Part shown: positions 50,099-62,043 of the stretch, piece after piece
How positions within the stretch are numbered: the stretch's first letter is position 1
Layout of the letters: each line of letters begins with the position of its first letter
Source of the DNA: Anthoceros angustus
Lineage: Eukaryota; Plantae; Anthocerotophyta
Direction of reading: 5' to 3'
DNA: 64,000 bases
Assembly: GCA_010909165.1 (NCBI GenBank)
Contig: MU008153.1
Location: 620,001-684,000 of the forward strand
Made by a program: the position numbers and the translations under genes
The notes under the pieces: generated by a model
Databases searched by the model: none
Seen by the model: the letters and a program-made list of their open reading frames with translations, nothing else
Told to the model about the DNA's origin: nothing

Positions 50099-52027
50099 CT
50101 ACTCGGCTTCACTCCACCCTTCGTCATCACCACCAAACATCGCTGCCATCTGCATTGCAAGCCTTGCTGCTGTGTCCCGCCTGTGGGAATCTGACATGTT
50201 GCGCATGTTCTCTCGTAGGGACAGCATTTCCTGCATCAATTTCTCCACGTCATCTATCCCAAGCTCCCTGTCGTCTGGTGGAGATCGGCTCACAGAGCCT
50301 TGTGTCGCATGGTCGTTCCCATTTTCTTGTGCATTTACACCTATGGTGTCAGGTATTGGCACACCAGGTTGGACCTCTGAAGTAAGGTCCATAGATCTGG
50401 TACTCCCAGCTTCCTCCACCACAGAACTGGAGGCAGATGTTGTGGGGGCACTTAACTCTGAGTGTCGTTCCTCATCGGAGCCGTCGCCTCTCTCATTGAC
50501 TGCATCTGGCCCAGCATTCGCTGCTTCGCCACTTGCATCGAAGACTGGCACCTCGACCGTTGAGTCCCTGTCTGATTGTTTCCACTGATGCTCGTTCACG
50601 TCCCACACTTCCTCTGCAGAAGCATTAGAGAGAAGTTCATATTCAATGGAGATTTCTGACTCGTCATCACTGAAGGCTTCTGCTGCGGGTCGAATGAAAC
50701 CAATCAAAGATTTGTTAGCATAGGACCAAGGTAGGACCAAACCTCCTCCAGTCCACATACAAGAAGCTAAAGGTGTTGAGAGAAAACACTGACCGTCATT
50801 CTCCACGCTGGGTGGTGCGTCACTGAGTTTTGCAAGAGGCTTCATCACCATCCCAGGCCACATGTGTGCAGATAGTGCGTCTCCAACACGAGAAATCCCC
50901 TGAGAGTCCCCCTCCACTGACAGACCTGTTGTCAAGGCAATCACATCATCCAAGCTCAACAGAGGCTGGTGGAGAAGTCAAGCACTGATACGTTACAGAA
51001 AAGCTAGTGATCAACATACACTTATCAAAATCTTCGTTGATGGCACAGGTTTCGATATACTCGATGCCCCTCTCACTGCACCACTCAATGCAAGCCCGTC
51101 TTCTCTCATCAGATGTTGTGTCCTCTTCCTCAGCCAGCAAACTGCTGCCCTCTGTTCGCTCAAGCCCATACTCCAGAAACTCCGGATGCGGATCACTGGA
51201 CGATTCACCCCTTTTCAAAAGCCACCTCCTGTATTCCACATGCCCAAAATGTTCTGGAACACGGTCAGCCTTATTTCCCACACACAAGATAATCTGGACG
51301 CTTTCCAGCTGTGCTCCATCAGCCCAAGCTCGGATGGCATCAAACGACGATGACTGCACACAAACGTCGTTCTCACATCAACCCAAATGGATCAATCCCA
51401 CCACCATCCTTGTTGCCCAGCTTGCAGAATTCAAAACAACCACAAACCCAACAGAAATTCTCCTCATCCCCAGAGAACTTACATCGCTCAGGTCAAAAAC
51501 CATGACTACCGCCTCACAATTTCCCGCCATGGAATGCATCCTACTGCCATCATCCACCTGCTTGTCCTCAATCGGGCCCACCCAGATGCTCACATCGGCT
51601 GTGTAGTACTTAGTGTCAATCCTCCACCTGCAGCAAAAACCTACAAATCATCATCTGCACCCAACTCCAAATCCACCCAACCCACACCCGAACATCATCA
51701 TCCAACACCCAATACCTTCAAAACACCTCTGATGCTCCATACGGGCACCTACCCATGGCAACTGACCCCGGAAGATGGTGCCCCACCAGACGCTCCTTTC
51801 GTCAATTCTACGAACACCAAAGCACAATATGCATCTCATGTCCCAGCAGCAACCAAGCTCAAAAACCAGATGAAGCATTGCAACAAGGGCAAGTGCAAAC
51901 ACTTACTATTCAGAATGGACCGCTTGCCAACATCCCGTGGTCCAAGCAGCAGTATGCTAGGCCTGGCAGACAGAGCACGTGCATCAGCACCGTGCTCCTC
52001 TACTGCCACCGGTACTTCCATGCCCAT
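50099..52027 (-). CDS. AAGAB: Alpha/gamma-adaptin-binding protein p34, multi-exon
   Basis: RPSILLLGPRDVGKRSIL, IDTKYYTADV, VMVFDLSD, LCVGNKAD, WCSERGIEYIE, ALSAHMWPGMVMK and RRDTAARLAMQMAAMFG. Confidence 0.9.
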
Positions 52028-52304
52028 CCTCCACGACCCGCACGCTTACGCTTCGTCTCAGACCAGATTTCGACACTTTGGCTACTCAGATGCAACCTCC
52101 TCCCTTGCCTGTTGTGAACAGCCTGAGTAAGAATCTCTCGTCGTCTCCGAAGTGTTGTTTTGGTATTTCTCTGTCTACAGCAGAGAACTGTAAGATAAAA
52201 AAACTCGGCATCCATACAGTATATACCTGTCACAGGTTGCAGGTCTGACCTGCTGGAGGGAGCAACATCCGCTCCATCTGCCTCTGCCTCAATTTTGTCG
52301 CAAG

Positions 52305-54573
52305 ATGATGAATCCAGGGCAATGGCTTCTGGTCTCCTATGTGGCAATCTTGCCGCTGATCGTAGTGGTGCTTCTGTGTGGGGAGAAGCGGGTGTTTGAG
52401 GGCACGTTTGTGCAGCGTGCCCACTATTGGATAACCAGCGGATCCTGCGATTGCTTCCAGTAAGTTGGGTCTGGACTCACATCACTCTTAATTGTGAGGG
52501 TGGGCTGCTTCTTGAAACTGGATTTGATAATGTGATGTATGCGCAGGACGCTGGTCGGACTCGTTTTCGGTGAGAGGGGTACGCGGGCATGTGCTTCTAT
52601 GGAGCACGCCTGCTGTGAACGGCCAAATCCTGTATTGCAGGCATGTACCAACAATTGGGTTCTGTTGATCGTATGTTGTTGGTATGTTTGGGTGTATAGT
52701 TTTCTGAGGGCAACATGTTGATTTTTGCAGCTCTTTTATCTGTCCTTAATTCTTGGGATCTATTATACGTTCATCATTACATGCTTCAAGTTCATTCCTG
52801 GATACTATGTCCCAGCTCTGCACAAGTAGGCTTCCTGGAATCCTCCTTGTGTATAGCTAGCGTGTGTATCGAGTTAGCTTCATTTCTGTGAGCCTTTGGA
52901 ATCATGTTGTTGGTTCTTCAATCCTTTGAGAGCAGTATGAGAAGTGTGTTTGTTTGTTCAGATATACAGGAACTGCGGCAGTGCTTTTTGGGTTGGTGAT
53001 CTTCCTGGTGACTAGTTTCTCTGATCCAGGCACCATAACAGCGGCAACCTTGGCCCAGCACGAGGCGACGTATGCATATGACAATATCATATACGAGCTG
53101 AAGAACTGCACAACCTGCAAAGTCGCTCGGTCTGTTTTGATTCCTGGTGGTTTTCCTGGTGGAAGGGTCTCATGGTGTGTGGAAGGCTCATGTTTCGTAT
53201 GAAGAAGTTTGTTTAATGTCTGTTAATACTGACTCCTGGGGTTGTTTGCCTCTGCAGTCCTGCTCGATCCAAGCACTGCAGCATTTGTGATCGTTGTGTT
53301 GCCCGCTTTGACCATCATTGTGGTTGGATGGTCAGTGCTGCGAACCTCCAACTGCTGGCAATGCCTCTGCAGCCTTGAAAGGTTACTGTTGTGACCTTTG
53401 TGTTTGGTCTGACTGCCTGTAGCTGTCAAGCCCCTTCTGTTTGTTGCTGAGCTTTTGTGGATGTTGTGCAGAATAACTGCATAGGGGAGAACAACCTTCG
53501 TTACTTCTTAGCTTTTCTTGTGTGGTGAGTGTTTGGTGCAGTGTATTTGATGCTTTACTGTGTCCACGGCCCGACATGATGTTAAGGTTGCAACATGCGT
53601 GACGGTTGTTCTGAGCAGGCATTCCCTGCTGTGCTGGTACGGGGTGTTTGTCTTGATAGCCATTTTGGCTGGAGAGGTACGAGACAGAAGGGTTGTGCAC
53701 ACACTCAAGTGTATGTACTTACCTCTGTCAGAGTTGGTTCACATATTGTGCTTTTTTTCCCCTTGATGCTCTTCAAGTTCATCCAGTACAAATAGATCTT
53801 GATTGCTGTGTCTGAGTCCAGTCACTTCTTAATCTGCTGTTTGTTGGGGCAGATTACTTTGGGCCAAAAATTCCTCTGCAGGACGTAGTTATCCATGTTA
53901 CTCAGGTATTAAGAGGCACTGAATCCTCACGACGTCTTTTGTTCGTTACTACACCTGCTTGTAAGTATCATGAGAGGATGCAATGCCATGTGATGAGATA
54001 TAGCTTATTTGTGTGCCGCGTTGTCTGTGCTTTGTTTGCAGTGGCTCATGGCATACTACTGGACGCAGTTACTGTTAATGCTCTTCCTTGTAGTTATATC
54101 ATTCTTGCTCATGGGTTTTCTGGGCTACCATCTGTACCTGGTGGCAACCAACACTACTACAAATGAGGTGTGTGCTAATTGCGCTCGTGCAGTGTTTTGT
54201 TGGGCATTTTGCTTCCTGAGTACAAAATGCATGCCAAGTTCTAGCACCGAGCGGGGTGTATCACTTGAAACTGCACAGCATCCCAGCTATGTAGGCCACT
54301 AACTTCCCAGTGAATGTGGTGTATCAGTCCTTCAAGTGGGACACCTATCTAAGGTACCATGAGCAGCTCGCAGCACAAAGACAAGCTGCGGAAGGCAGTC
54401 AGTCCAAAAGCAAAGCATCCAGTGTCGCACAGTGGTTGTGCTTCTGGCATGGAGGAAGGGGGCAAATCCCAGTGAAGAAGAAGAACATCTACAACAGGGG
54501 TCTTCGAAGCAATTTCATGGAGATTTTGTGGCCTCGCAGCACTCAATCAACAGCATCTCGTAAACAGAAATAG
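52305..54573 (+). CDS. DHHC protein S-acyltransferase (PAT17/Swf1-like), multi-exon
   Basis: [43 protein letters not shown]|[24 protein letters not shown]|[15 protein letters not shown] and NIYNRG. Confidence 0.92.
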
Positions 54574-55280
54574 GAGTGGCCAGTGGGTTATGCACAAAGC
54601 TTTCATTCTTAGGAGGCGTGATCTGCCTATATCACAAGTTGAGGAGGACGAAAGGGGAGAGAGCATCGGCGGCAGCTATATTACTTCCATAATTGTTGTT
54701 TTTTAGATGGGTCCCGTCTCGAACTCAGAGATCATGGGTTGGCATCGCCCTGCCGATCTGTTTGCTGTGCACTCATCATCTCCCTGAACTGATTCTGAGT
54801 GGCATGTCCTCCATTTGCAAACTCGCTGCCAGGAGCTCTTTGGGCCAATACCAAATGGCACAAATGCAACCTAAGGGTGGACTCCTCTGCAGACACGGGT
54901 TTCACATTACAGTTAGAGCTGTCACCATAATCTTGTCTCTGAGGCAACTGCCTCAGAGCAAGTTGCTTTGTGTCATACCTGCCATCTCGAGACGGTAAGC
55001 TTGTATCTGTCTGGGTACAACTTGGAATTCAGATGGATGGCTTTGAAATTTGCAAGCAATTGTTCATAGCCTTTGGGAATCCGATGTCCTGGCCAGTTCT
55101 GGCTGCCAGAATGGTTGGGTACTCCCGGGAACGGCATGCCGGGATTAAGAAAATCATGGTACTGTCAGAAACTGTAGGATTGAGAAAGTCGTACGGGTTT
55201 CCAGAACTGCTTTCCATTTGCATTTGCTCGGATCCTCCAGTCTCACAAATTGTACCATCGCATATTCATGGCAGTGACCA

Positions 55281-55465
55281 AAATACAGAACTAGATCGAT
55301 GAGATCAGTTTACTTTAATCTACTGAAAAAGCTTGCAACTCTCAAAATACAGAACTAGATCAGTTTACTTTAATCTACTGAAAAAGCTTGCAACTCTCAA
55401 AATACAGAACTAGATCGATGACATCAGTTTATTTTGATGTACTGAAAAAGCTTGCAACTCTCAAT
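55281..55465. repeat. ~55-64-bp tandem repeat x3
   Basis: AAAATACAGAACTAGATC...TACTGAAAAAGCTTGCAACTCTC occurs three times. Confidence 0.9.
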
Positions 55466-55755
55466 AAGTGTGGCCACTCTCTCTGGCCATTTCCTTCATA
55501 TAACACTCATCATTTAGTTACTTGTGATGTCTTAAACCTTCCACACCCTAGAATATGGACTTTGATTTAAGCTTCTGTAAGCCGTGTTCTATATATATAT
55601 ACATATATAATATAAATTTATTTACGATAAGATTGTATTCTCATTATTAACCTTGGGTTTCGACATCTTATAACTCGATCTAACTCTACATGCTCTATAT
55701 ATGAAAACCTCCTGTAAATCATAAATCATGTCTGAGTTTAAAGTTGTCTACCAAC

Positions 55756-56288
55756 ATGAGTTCCAAAGGTGACGAGCCCTCTTCATCTTCGCATGATTAT
55801 TACACGGATTTGTACGAAAAAATATTTCAAGAGAATGTTAGACTTGCGAATGAGGTGAGTGCTACATAGTTTCTCTCTTTTGCAACTTTGTTTGCTACAT
55901 TTACTTACAATATATAACTATGTATAATAATGTTATGCAGGTTGATTATGATACAAGAATGCACCGTCTCAAAGCATTTCTAGAGTTTTCTTCTAGTACA
56001 AAAGTTTCAATGCCTCAAAGGTCCCTCGAACCACATGATGTTAAATCGAACAGTCTCTTTCAAGATGGTCCTTTTATTTGGAACGAAGCTCCGGGAATTG
56101 AAGAACAAAATGTTCAAGCACCTCCGGTAGAAGAAGAGAAGTGCAATCTTCCAGCTTCGTTGGAAGAAGAGCAGAATTGTCTTCCGATTCCAGAGGTGAC
56201 ATCGGTGTCATCCAAGAAGAACGAAGCTATTCCTGTTCGTCAAGTCATCCACCAAGTGGGTTTCAAGATTGTCCCAAAATTGGCTTAA
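55756..56288 (+). CDS. Novel two-exon family member E (exons 55756-55854, 55941-56288; 148 aa)
   Basis: MSSKGDEP...YEKIFQENVRLANE|VDYDTRMHRLKAFL...SNSLFQDGPFIWNEAPGIEEQN. The intron GTGAGT...TGTTATGCAG sits at the same position as in members A and C. Confidence 0.7.
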
Positions 56289-56624
56289 GCTTTGTTGTAG
56301 ACTAAAAGCGTTGGAATTTTAGAATTTATCAACTTCAGTTGATATTCAAACATTAATAGTTGCTAGTATGTTGTAGTGTACAAGGAACATAGCCAACATC
56401 TGTTGTGACATTGATATGTTCCCTCCTATGTGTGTATCAAAGTTCAATGTTGTAAACACCGTCTACGGAGAAAGGGGTTCTCCTCGTGTAAGGGGTTATG
56501 GCTTGAAATCGCTATGTTTTTGAGCAACAACGCATCTCTACTGTGTTTTTTCTAGATTTTTGAGGGATTTTCCTGCTGGATTGTAGTGTTGAAAGGTGCA
56601 CTGCCAGAATATGTATGTCCACTT

Positions 56625-56886
56625 TGTAAGGGTATTAAAGCCCAATATACTTAGACTAATACACTTAGTCTAAGTTAGGTGTCAGTTAAGTATCATTAGC
56701 TTAGCTTAAGCTAATCACTAGGAAGCTTCTTGTGCTCCTTCCTAGGAGCTTCTTGTGGAGCTTCCTAGGGAGCCCTATTGGAGGGTATAAATACCCTCCA
56801 AGCCTCATCTCAAAGGGGAGAGAGCTACTCTTGCCTCCTCCTCTCCTCTCCTCCTTCCACCAGCATGGCTGCCCCACGATCCTTCA
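56625..56886 (+). repeat. 5' LTR (262 bp)
   Basis: TGTAAGGGTATTAAAG...ATCCTTCA, with a near-identical copy at 61785-62043 and TATAAATA at 56786. Confidence 0.95.
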
Positions 56887-56888
56887 AC

Positions 56889-56900
56889 TGGTATCAGAGC
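56889..56900 (+). promoter_or_regulatory. Primer-binding site complementary to initiator tRNA-Met
   Basis: TGGTATCAGAGC begins 2 nt after the 5' LTR. Confidence 0.93.
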
Positions 56901-57542
56901 CATGGTTTGTGTGTGTAGTGATGCTAGAATTTTCTAGCTGCAGAGCAGACAGCAGCTCGTGGAATTGCAGGTGATCCAGATCGCGGTCAAGGCTGCGAAC
57001 GCCGCAGCAGGCCGTGAGCAGGGCGAGGCCGTGTTTGCCGCGACCGCGACCGCAGAGGCCGCGCGGGCACGGTGGAGGCCGTGCGGACGCGGCGCGGGCC
57101 GTGCGGGCACGGCGGAGGCCGCGGACACGGGCGCGCCGCGGGGCGCAGCGGCGATCGCGGGTGCGGCGTCGGCCGCGGGTGCGCAGGCCGCGCGGGCGCG
57201 GGCCGCGCGCGGCGCCGGCCGCGGGCGCGCGACGCGCGGCGCGCGGAGCGCGGCCGCGGGCGCGGAGCGCGCAGGCCGCGGGCGCAGGCCGCGGCCTGGC
57301 CGCGCGCGGCGCGCGCGCCAGGCCCGCGGAGCGCGCCAGGCCGCGGAGCGCCGCCAGGCCCGCGCGCGCGCCGCCAGGCGCGGAGCGCGCGCGCGCCGCC
57401 AGCCGCGGGCGCGCGCGGGCGCGGGCGCGCGGGCGCGCGCGCGGGCGCGCGCGCGGCGCCGCCGCGGGGCGCAGGCCGCGGGCGCGGGCGCGGCGCGGCC
57501 GCGGGCCGCGGGCGCGCGCGGCGCCGCCGCGGGTGCGCAGGC

Positions 57543-57574
<32 letters not shown>

Positions 57575-60500
57575 CGCAGGCCCGCGAGGGGCGCGCGGCG
57601 CTCGGAAGCCCGCAGGCCGCGGGCGCGGCGCCTGCTGCCGCGCAAGCCGCCGGCCGCGACGCAGGCTGCAGAGCGCGGCTGGCCGTGCGGGTGCGCAGGC
57701 GCGGGGCGGCTGTGGCCGCGCGGGCGTGGCTGTGGCCGTGCTGGGCGTGGCTGTGGCTGTAAGGCGCCGGCGGTGGCCGTGCGGGCGCGATGGTCGCACA
57801 GGCGCTGCGTGACGCGGGGCAGGTCGACGGGCGCGGCAGCACAGAATTGAGGGTGCCAAACGCCGGGCGGTGAGCAGAAAATTCGTCGAACGATTCGGCG
57901 GATTACTCAGGTGGAACAGTCAACAGCAAAATACACGGACCGTACGGTGACTGCTTTCTTCTTTGACTTTTCTAACAAGGCGAGTTGAGTGTTTAATCTG
58001 TATCGATTTTTGAGTCATGATGTCTTCATCGTCAGAAAACGTCATGTTCAATATCGAGAAGTTAGATGGTACTAACTTCCCGTTCTGGAAAGAACAAGTG
58101 TATAATGTTCTAGTGCGTAAAAGCGATCAAGCCCATAAAGTTGTTAGGCCAAACCGATAGTATGACTGTGATGAGTGGCGTGACTGGATGAGCTTGCTAG
58201 ATCTACTATCATGCTAACATTGTCAAAACAGGTACTTCAATGTGAAAGATAAGACCACGAGTTACGGATGGGGGTGTGTAGGACTGTATGAGAAGCAAAG
58301 TGCGGCTTCGTGTATTGGTTGAAACAAATGGTGGACTTGAAGATGAAGGAAGGGACGAGGATGTCCGATCATCGAATGATTTCAATACCATTTTCAGCCT
58401 CATCTCAAGGTATCACGCTCCTGATTCCGTGAGAGCTATGTTTCATGGTCACATTACCGAGAGTTGGGACACTTTCGCATGCCTCGAGTAATCGCCTCGC
58501 TAGTGGTCTTACCATTGTAAATGTAGAAGGTAGCCTGTTAACCGAGGAGGTGAACAGAAAACATGGAACCTTCCAAAGGTTCCAAAGGTTCTCATAGTGA
58601 GAGGGAGGTCCACCGCAAGGGGAAGCAACCGGACAAGCTTCTCGTAGCAAATCTCGTAGTCGTAATAAGAATGTGGAGTGTCACTATTGTCACAAAAGGG
58701 GTCACTTCAAAAGAGAGTGCGAGAAGTTCAAAAGGACCAAGGAAAAGAGAAGAAGCAGACGACAAGAAGGCGACTTCGTCTGTTGGAAGAGTTAAACTCG
58801 TTGAGGACGGAGATGTCCTTATCTCTTCTTACTTGAATGCGCACAATGTACCGTGGATAGTCATTTATTCCGCAATTGGATAATTGATCGTGCATCTTTC
58901 CATGTTACTCCGCATAGAGAGTGGTTTAGCACGATGATGCTACAAGGAAAGGATGCGTTAGGCTTGGAAATAACTATGCATGCCGATCGCAGCGAGGTGA
59001 TGTGCAACTCAAGTTTGACAACGGATCTTCATTCATGCCAAGGACGTTAGGCATGTTCCAAGTTGACAAAGAGCATGATTAGCGCAGATGCTTGGATGAT
59101 GCCGGTTACCACCGGGTTTTGGGGATCACTCTTGGAAGATCTCCAAAGGTTCTCTTGTGTTAGCTCGTGGATCAAGTGTGGCACTTTGTACTCACTTGTA
59201 AACATCCAAAGATCATGTGATCGGTGATGAGCACCAAATGTTTCCTTGTGGCATTGCTTAGGACATATGTCTCGTAAGGGAATGAAGGTTTTATCTCGCT
59301 CGTTATATCCTCGTTTTAACTTCTCGATCTCTCGATGTGTGAGCACTGCTTATATGGGAAGCAGACAAAATCATCACATCGAACACGAGGTAAAAGTAGA
59401 AGTAAACCTCTTGAGTTGGTTCACGTGATGTATGTGGACCTATGCTCATCGCATCATTAGGCGGTGCCTCCTATTTTGTCACTTTCATAGATGATTTCTC
59501 ACGCAAGGTGTGGGTTTATCCTTTGAGGAAAGGATGAAGTTCGACGGTGTTTCGTAAATTTGTCACCCTTGTAGAGAATCACCGCCACCGATTGAAGTGT
59601 CTAAGGACGATAATGGTGGAGTATGTTTCGAAAGCTTTCCGCCATTCGTGATTCCAAGGAATCAAAAGAGAATTGATCACCAGATACTCCTCCACAAAAT
59701 GGTGTGGCGGATGAATGTAACCATTCGAGAGGATGCGAGTTTGTTGTCAAACTCGATTGCCTAATGGGTTTTGGGCGTATGGTTCATCGCAGCTCATCTT
59801 ATTAACAGATCTCCTAATAAGGTGTTGATGAGCAGTTCCAGGAGCTATGGTCCGAAAGAAACCATCCTACAAGCATCTGAGTGTTTGTGAGGCATACCGC
59901 CATGTTCCAAAAGAGTTTCGGGACAAGTTGGCACCTAAGTCCAAGAAATGTATTTTTCTTGGCTATGGTGATTCGTGAGATGGGATACCGCCAGGGATCC
60001 AGAGGCTAGAAAGGTTGTTCAGACTAACGACGTGTTCTTCAATGAGAACAAGATGCAGGAAGCCTACTCCAACCGTGGAGGTGCGAAGGGTGATCTTCCA
60101 AGAAGATGGACATGATCATCATGGGTGTTGAAAACTGTGTGTGCAGAGCACATTCCTCCACCGTAGATGAACCAAGAGTCGAACAAGCTCCTATAGAGGT
60201 GCCGTGGGTCGCGTGATTACACCTCCGATGGTATGATCCATCTGGATTATGTCATGTCGATGACAGTGGGGAACCCTCTTCTTACAAAGAGGCTCAACGA
60301 GTAACAAAGAGAAGTGGGAGAAGGCCATGCAAATGAATTGTGATAAGAACCAAACTTGGGAGTTGGTTCCGTTGCCTAAGGATAAGAAGGCACTACCGCA
60401 AATGGGTGTACAAGATGAAGGTCATACCGCTTGATGGCAAACCAAAGTACAAGGCCCGATTGGTTGCTAAGGGTTTCAAGCAACAACTGTGCATTGACTT

Positions 60501-61773
60501 TGATGAGATTTTCTCACCAAGAGTCAAAATGACAACTTTGCGATGTGTTCTTGCTTTGGTTGCTGATGATATGGAACTTGCGGATGGATGTCAAGACGGC
60601 ATTCTTGCATGGTGACCTTCAAGAGGACGTCTACATGCAAAGAACCAAGGTTTTGTTGAGAAGGGCAAAGAGCATCCGTGTGCGGTGGAAGAGCCTTTAT
60701 GGTTTGAAACAGCACCCAGAGTGGTATCACAAGTTCCACTCATTTATGCTTTCTCAAGGCTACAAACGAAGCGATGAGGATCATTGCCTCTATACGAAGC
60801 AAGCTAAGGATCAAAGCTTGCTCATTTTGATCCTCTATGTGGATGATATGCTAATTGTAAACAAGATCGATGAGATTTCGTTGAAGTCAAAGTTGAATGC
60901 TCACTTTGAAATGACAGACTTGGGAGAGGCGAGCCATATACTTGGCATGCGATTCGCGGAATGTATAGCCGCTTTATTTGTCTCGCATTTTAATACATTA
61001 ATGGTGCTTCAACGCTTCAACATGGAGAAGGGGAAGCCATTGGGTACCCATTGCCTCCATATGTGAAACTTTCTGCCGGATTGCCCAAGCTCGAGGAGGA
61101 CAAAGTCGAAATGGAGAAGGTCCCATACTCATCACCGTAGGGAGTTTGATGTATGCAATGATTGCTACACGCCCGACATTGCCTTTGCAGGAGTGGTTAG
61201 GTGTTTATGTCAAACCCCGCAAGAAGCATTGGGAGGCAAAAGGAGTTATGAGGTATCCGAATGGTACAAAAGCTTTGTGCATATGTTTTGGTAGTGAAGA
61301 TGCATGTGGTTGGGTACATGATGCGATTATGCGGGATATGGACAAAAGGAGGTCCACATCGTTATGTCTTCACGCACCGGAGGGGCCTCATGGCGATCTC
61401 GCTTGCGTGCATTACGCTATCTACCACAGAGGCCGAGTATGTTGCAAAGAATCGAGGCTTGCAAGGAAGCCATATGGCTTGCTCGCTTAGTGGGAGACTT
61501 GGGGATCAAGGTTGATGAGCGTTGTTGCATTGTGATAGCAGTGCTATCCAATTGGCAAAGAATCCAAGTGTTTCATGCGAAGACTAAACATGTGGATGTG
61601 AAGTATCACTCATTCGAGAGGTGTTGGACGACAAGAGGGTACAACTTGTCAAGGTTCACACCACCAACCCCGCAGATATTCTTACCAAGGGACTCTCTAC
61701 GAGCAATTTGCACAAGCTCTATAATCGATGGGCATGAGATAGTCCATTCTCCCACGAAGGTAAATTGGCCTTT

Positions 61774-62043
61774 AAGTGGGAGGTTGTAAGGGTATTAAAG
61801 CTCAATGTACTTAGACTAATACACTTAGTCTAAGTTAGGTGTCGCTATATCATTAGTTTAGCTTAAGCTAATCACTAGGAAGCTTCTTGTGCTCCTTCCT
61901 AGGAGCTTCTTGTGGAGCTTCCTAGGGAGCCCTATTGGAGGGTATAAATACCCTCCAAGCCTCATCTCAAAGGTGAGAGAGCTACTCTTGCCTCCTCCTC
62001 TCCTCTCCTCCTTCCACCAGCATGGCTGCCCCACCATCCTTCA
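61774..62043 (+). repeat. Polypurine tract (AAGTGGGAGG) and 3' LTR (259 bp)
   Basis: The purine run lies directly before TGTAAGGG at 61785. Confidence 0.93.

Larger units (their letters stand above)
56625..62043 (+). mobile_element. Full-length Ty1/copia (Tnt1-like) LTR retrotransposon; gag-pol heavily frameshifted as assembled
   Basis: TG...CA LTRs at 56625-56886 and 61785-62043; 5-bp TSD CACTT at 56620-56624 and 62044-62048; PBS; PPT. Coding remnants: gag (IEKLDGTNFPFWK, ~58017), zinc knuckle CHYCHKRGHFKREC, integrase ([16 protein letters not shown]), RT (YKARLVAKGF, LYVDDML) and RNase H (STTEAEY, KHVDVKYH). Confidence 0.96.

Noticed and set aside
55281-55465. Short repeat arrays (also 9494, 30267, 33863, 42367) as CRISPR-like
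   Set aside because: Units are contiguous with no unique spacers, there are no cas genes, and the context is eukaryotic.
56884-57859. Six overlapping 246-302-aa Ala/Arg/Pro-rich ORFs
   Set aside because: They arise because a near-pure GC tract cannot form stop codons. No domain is recognisable.
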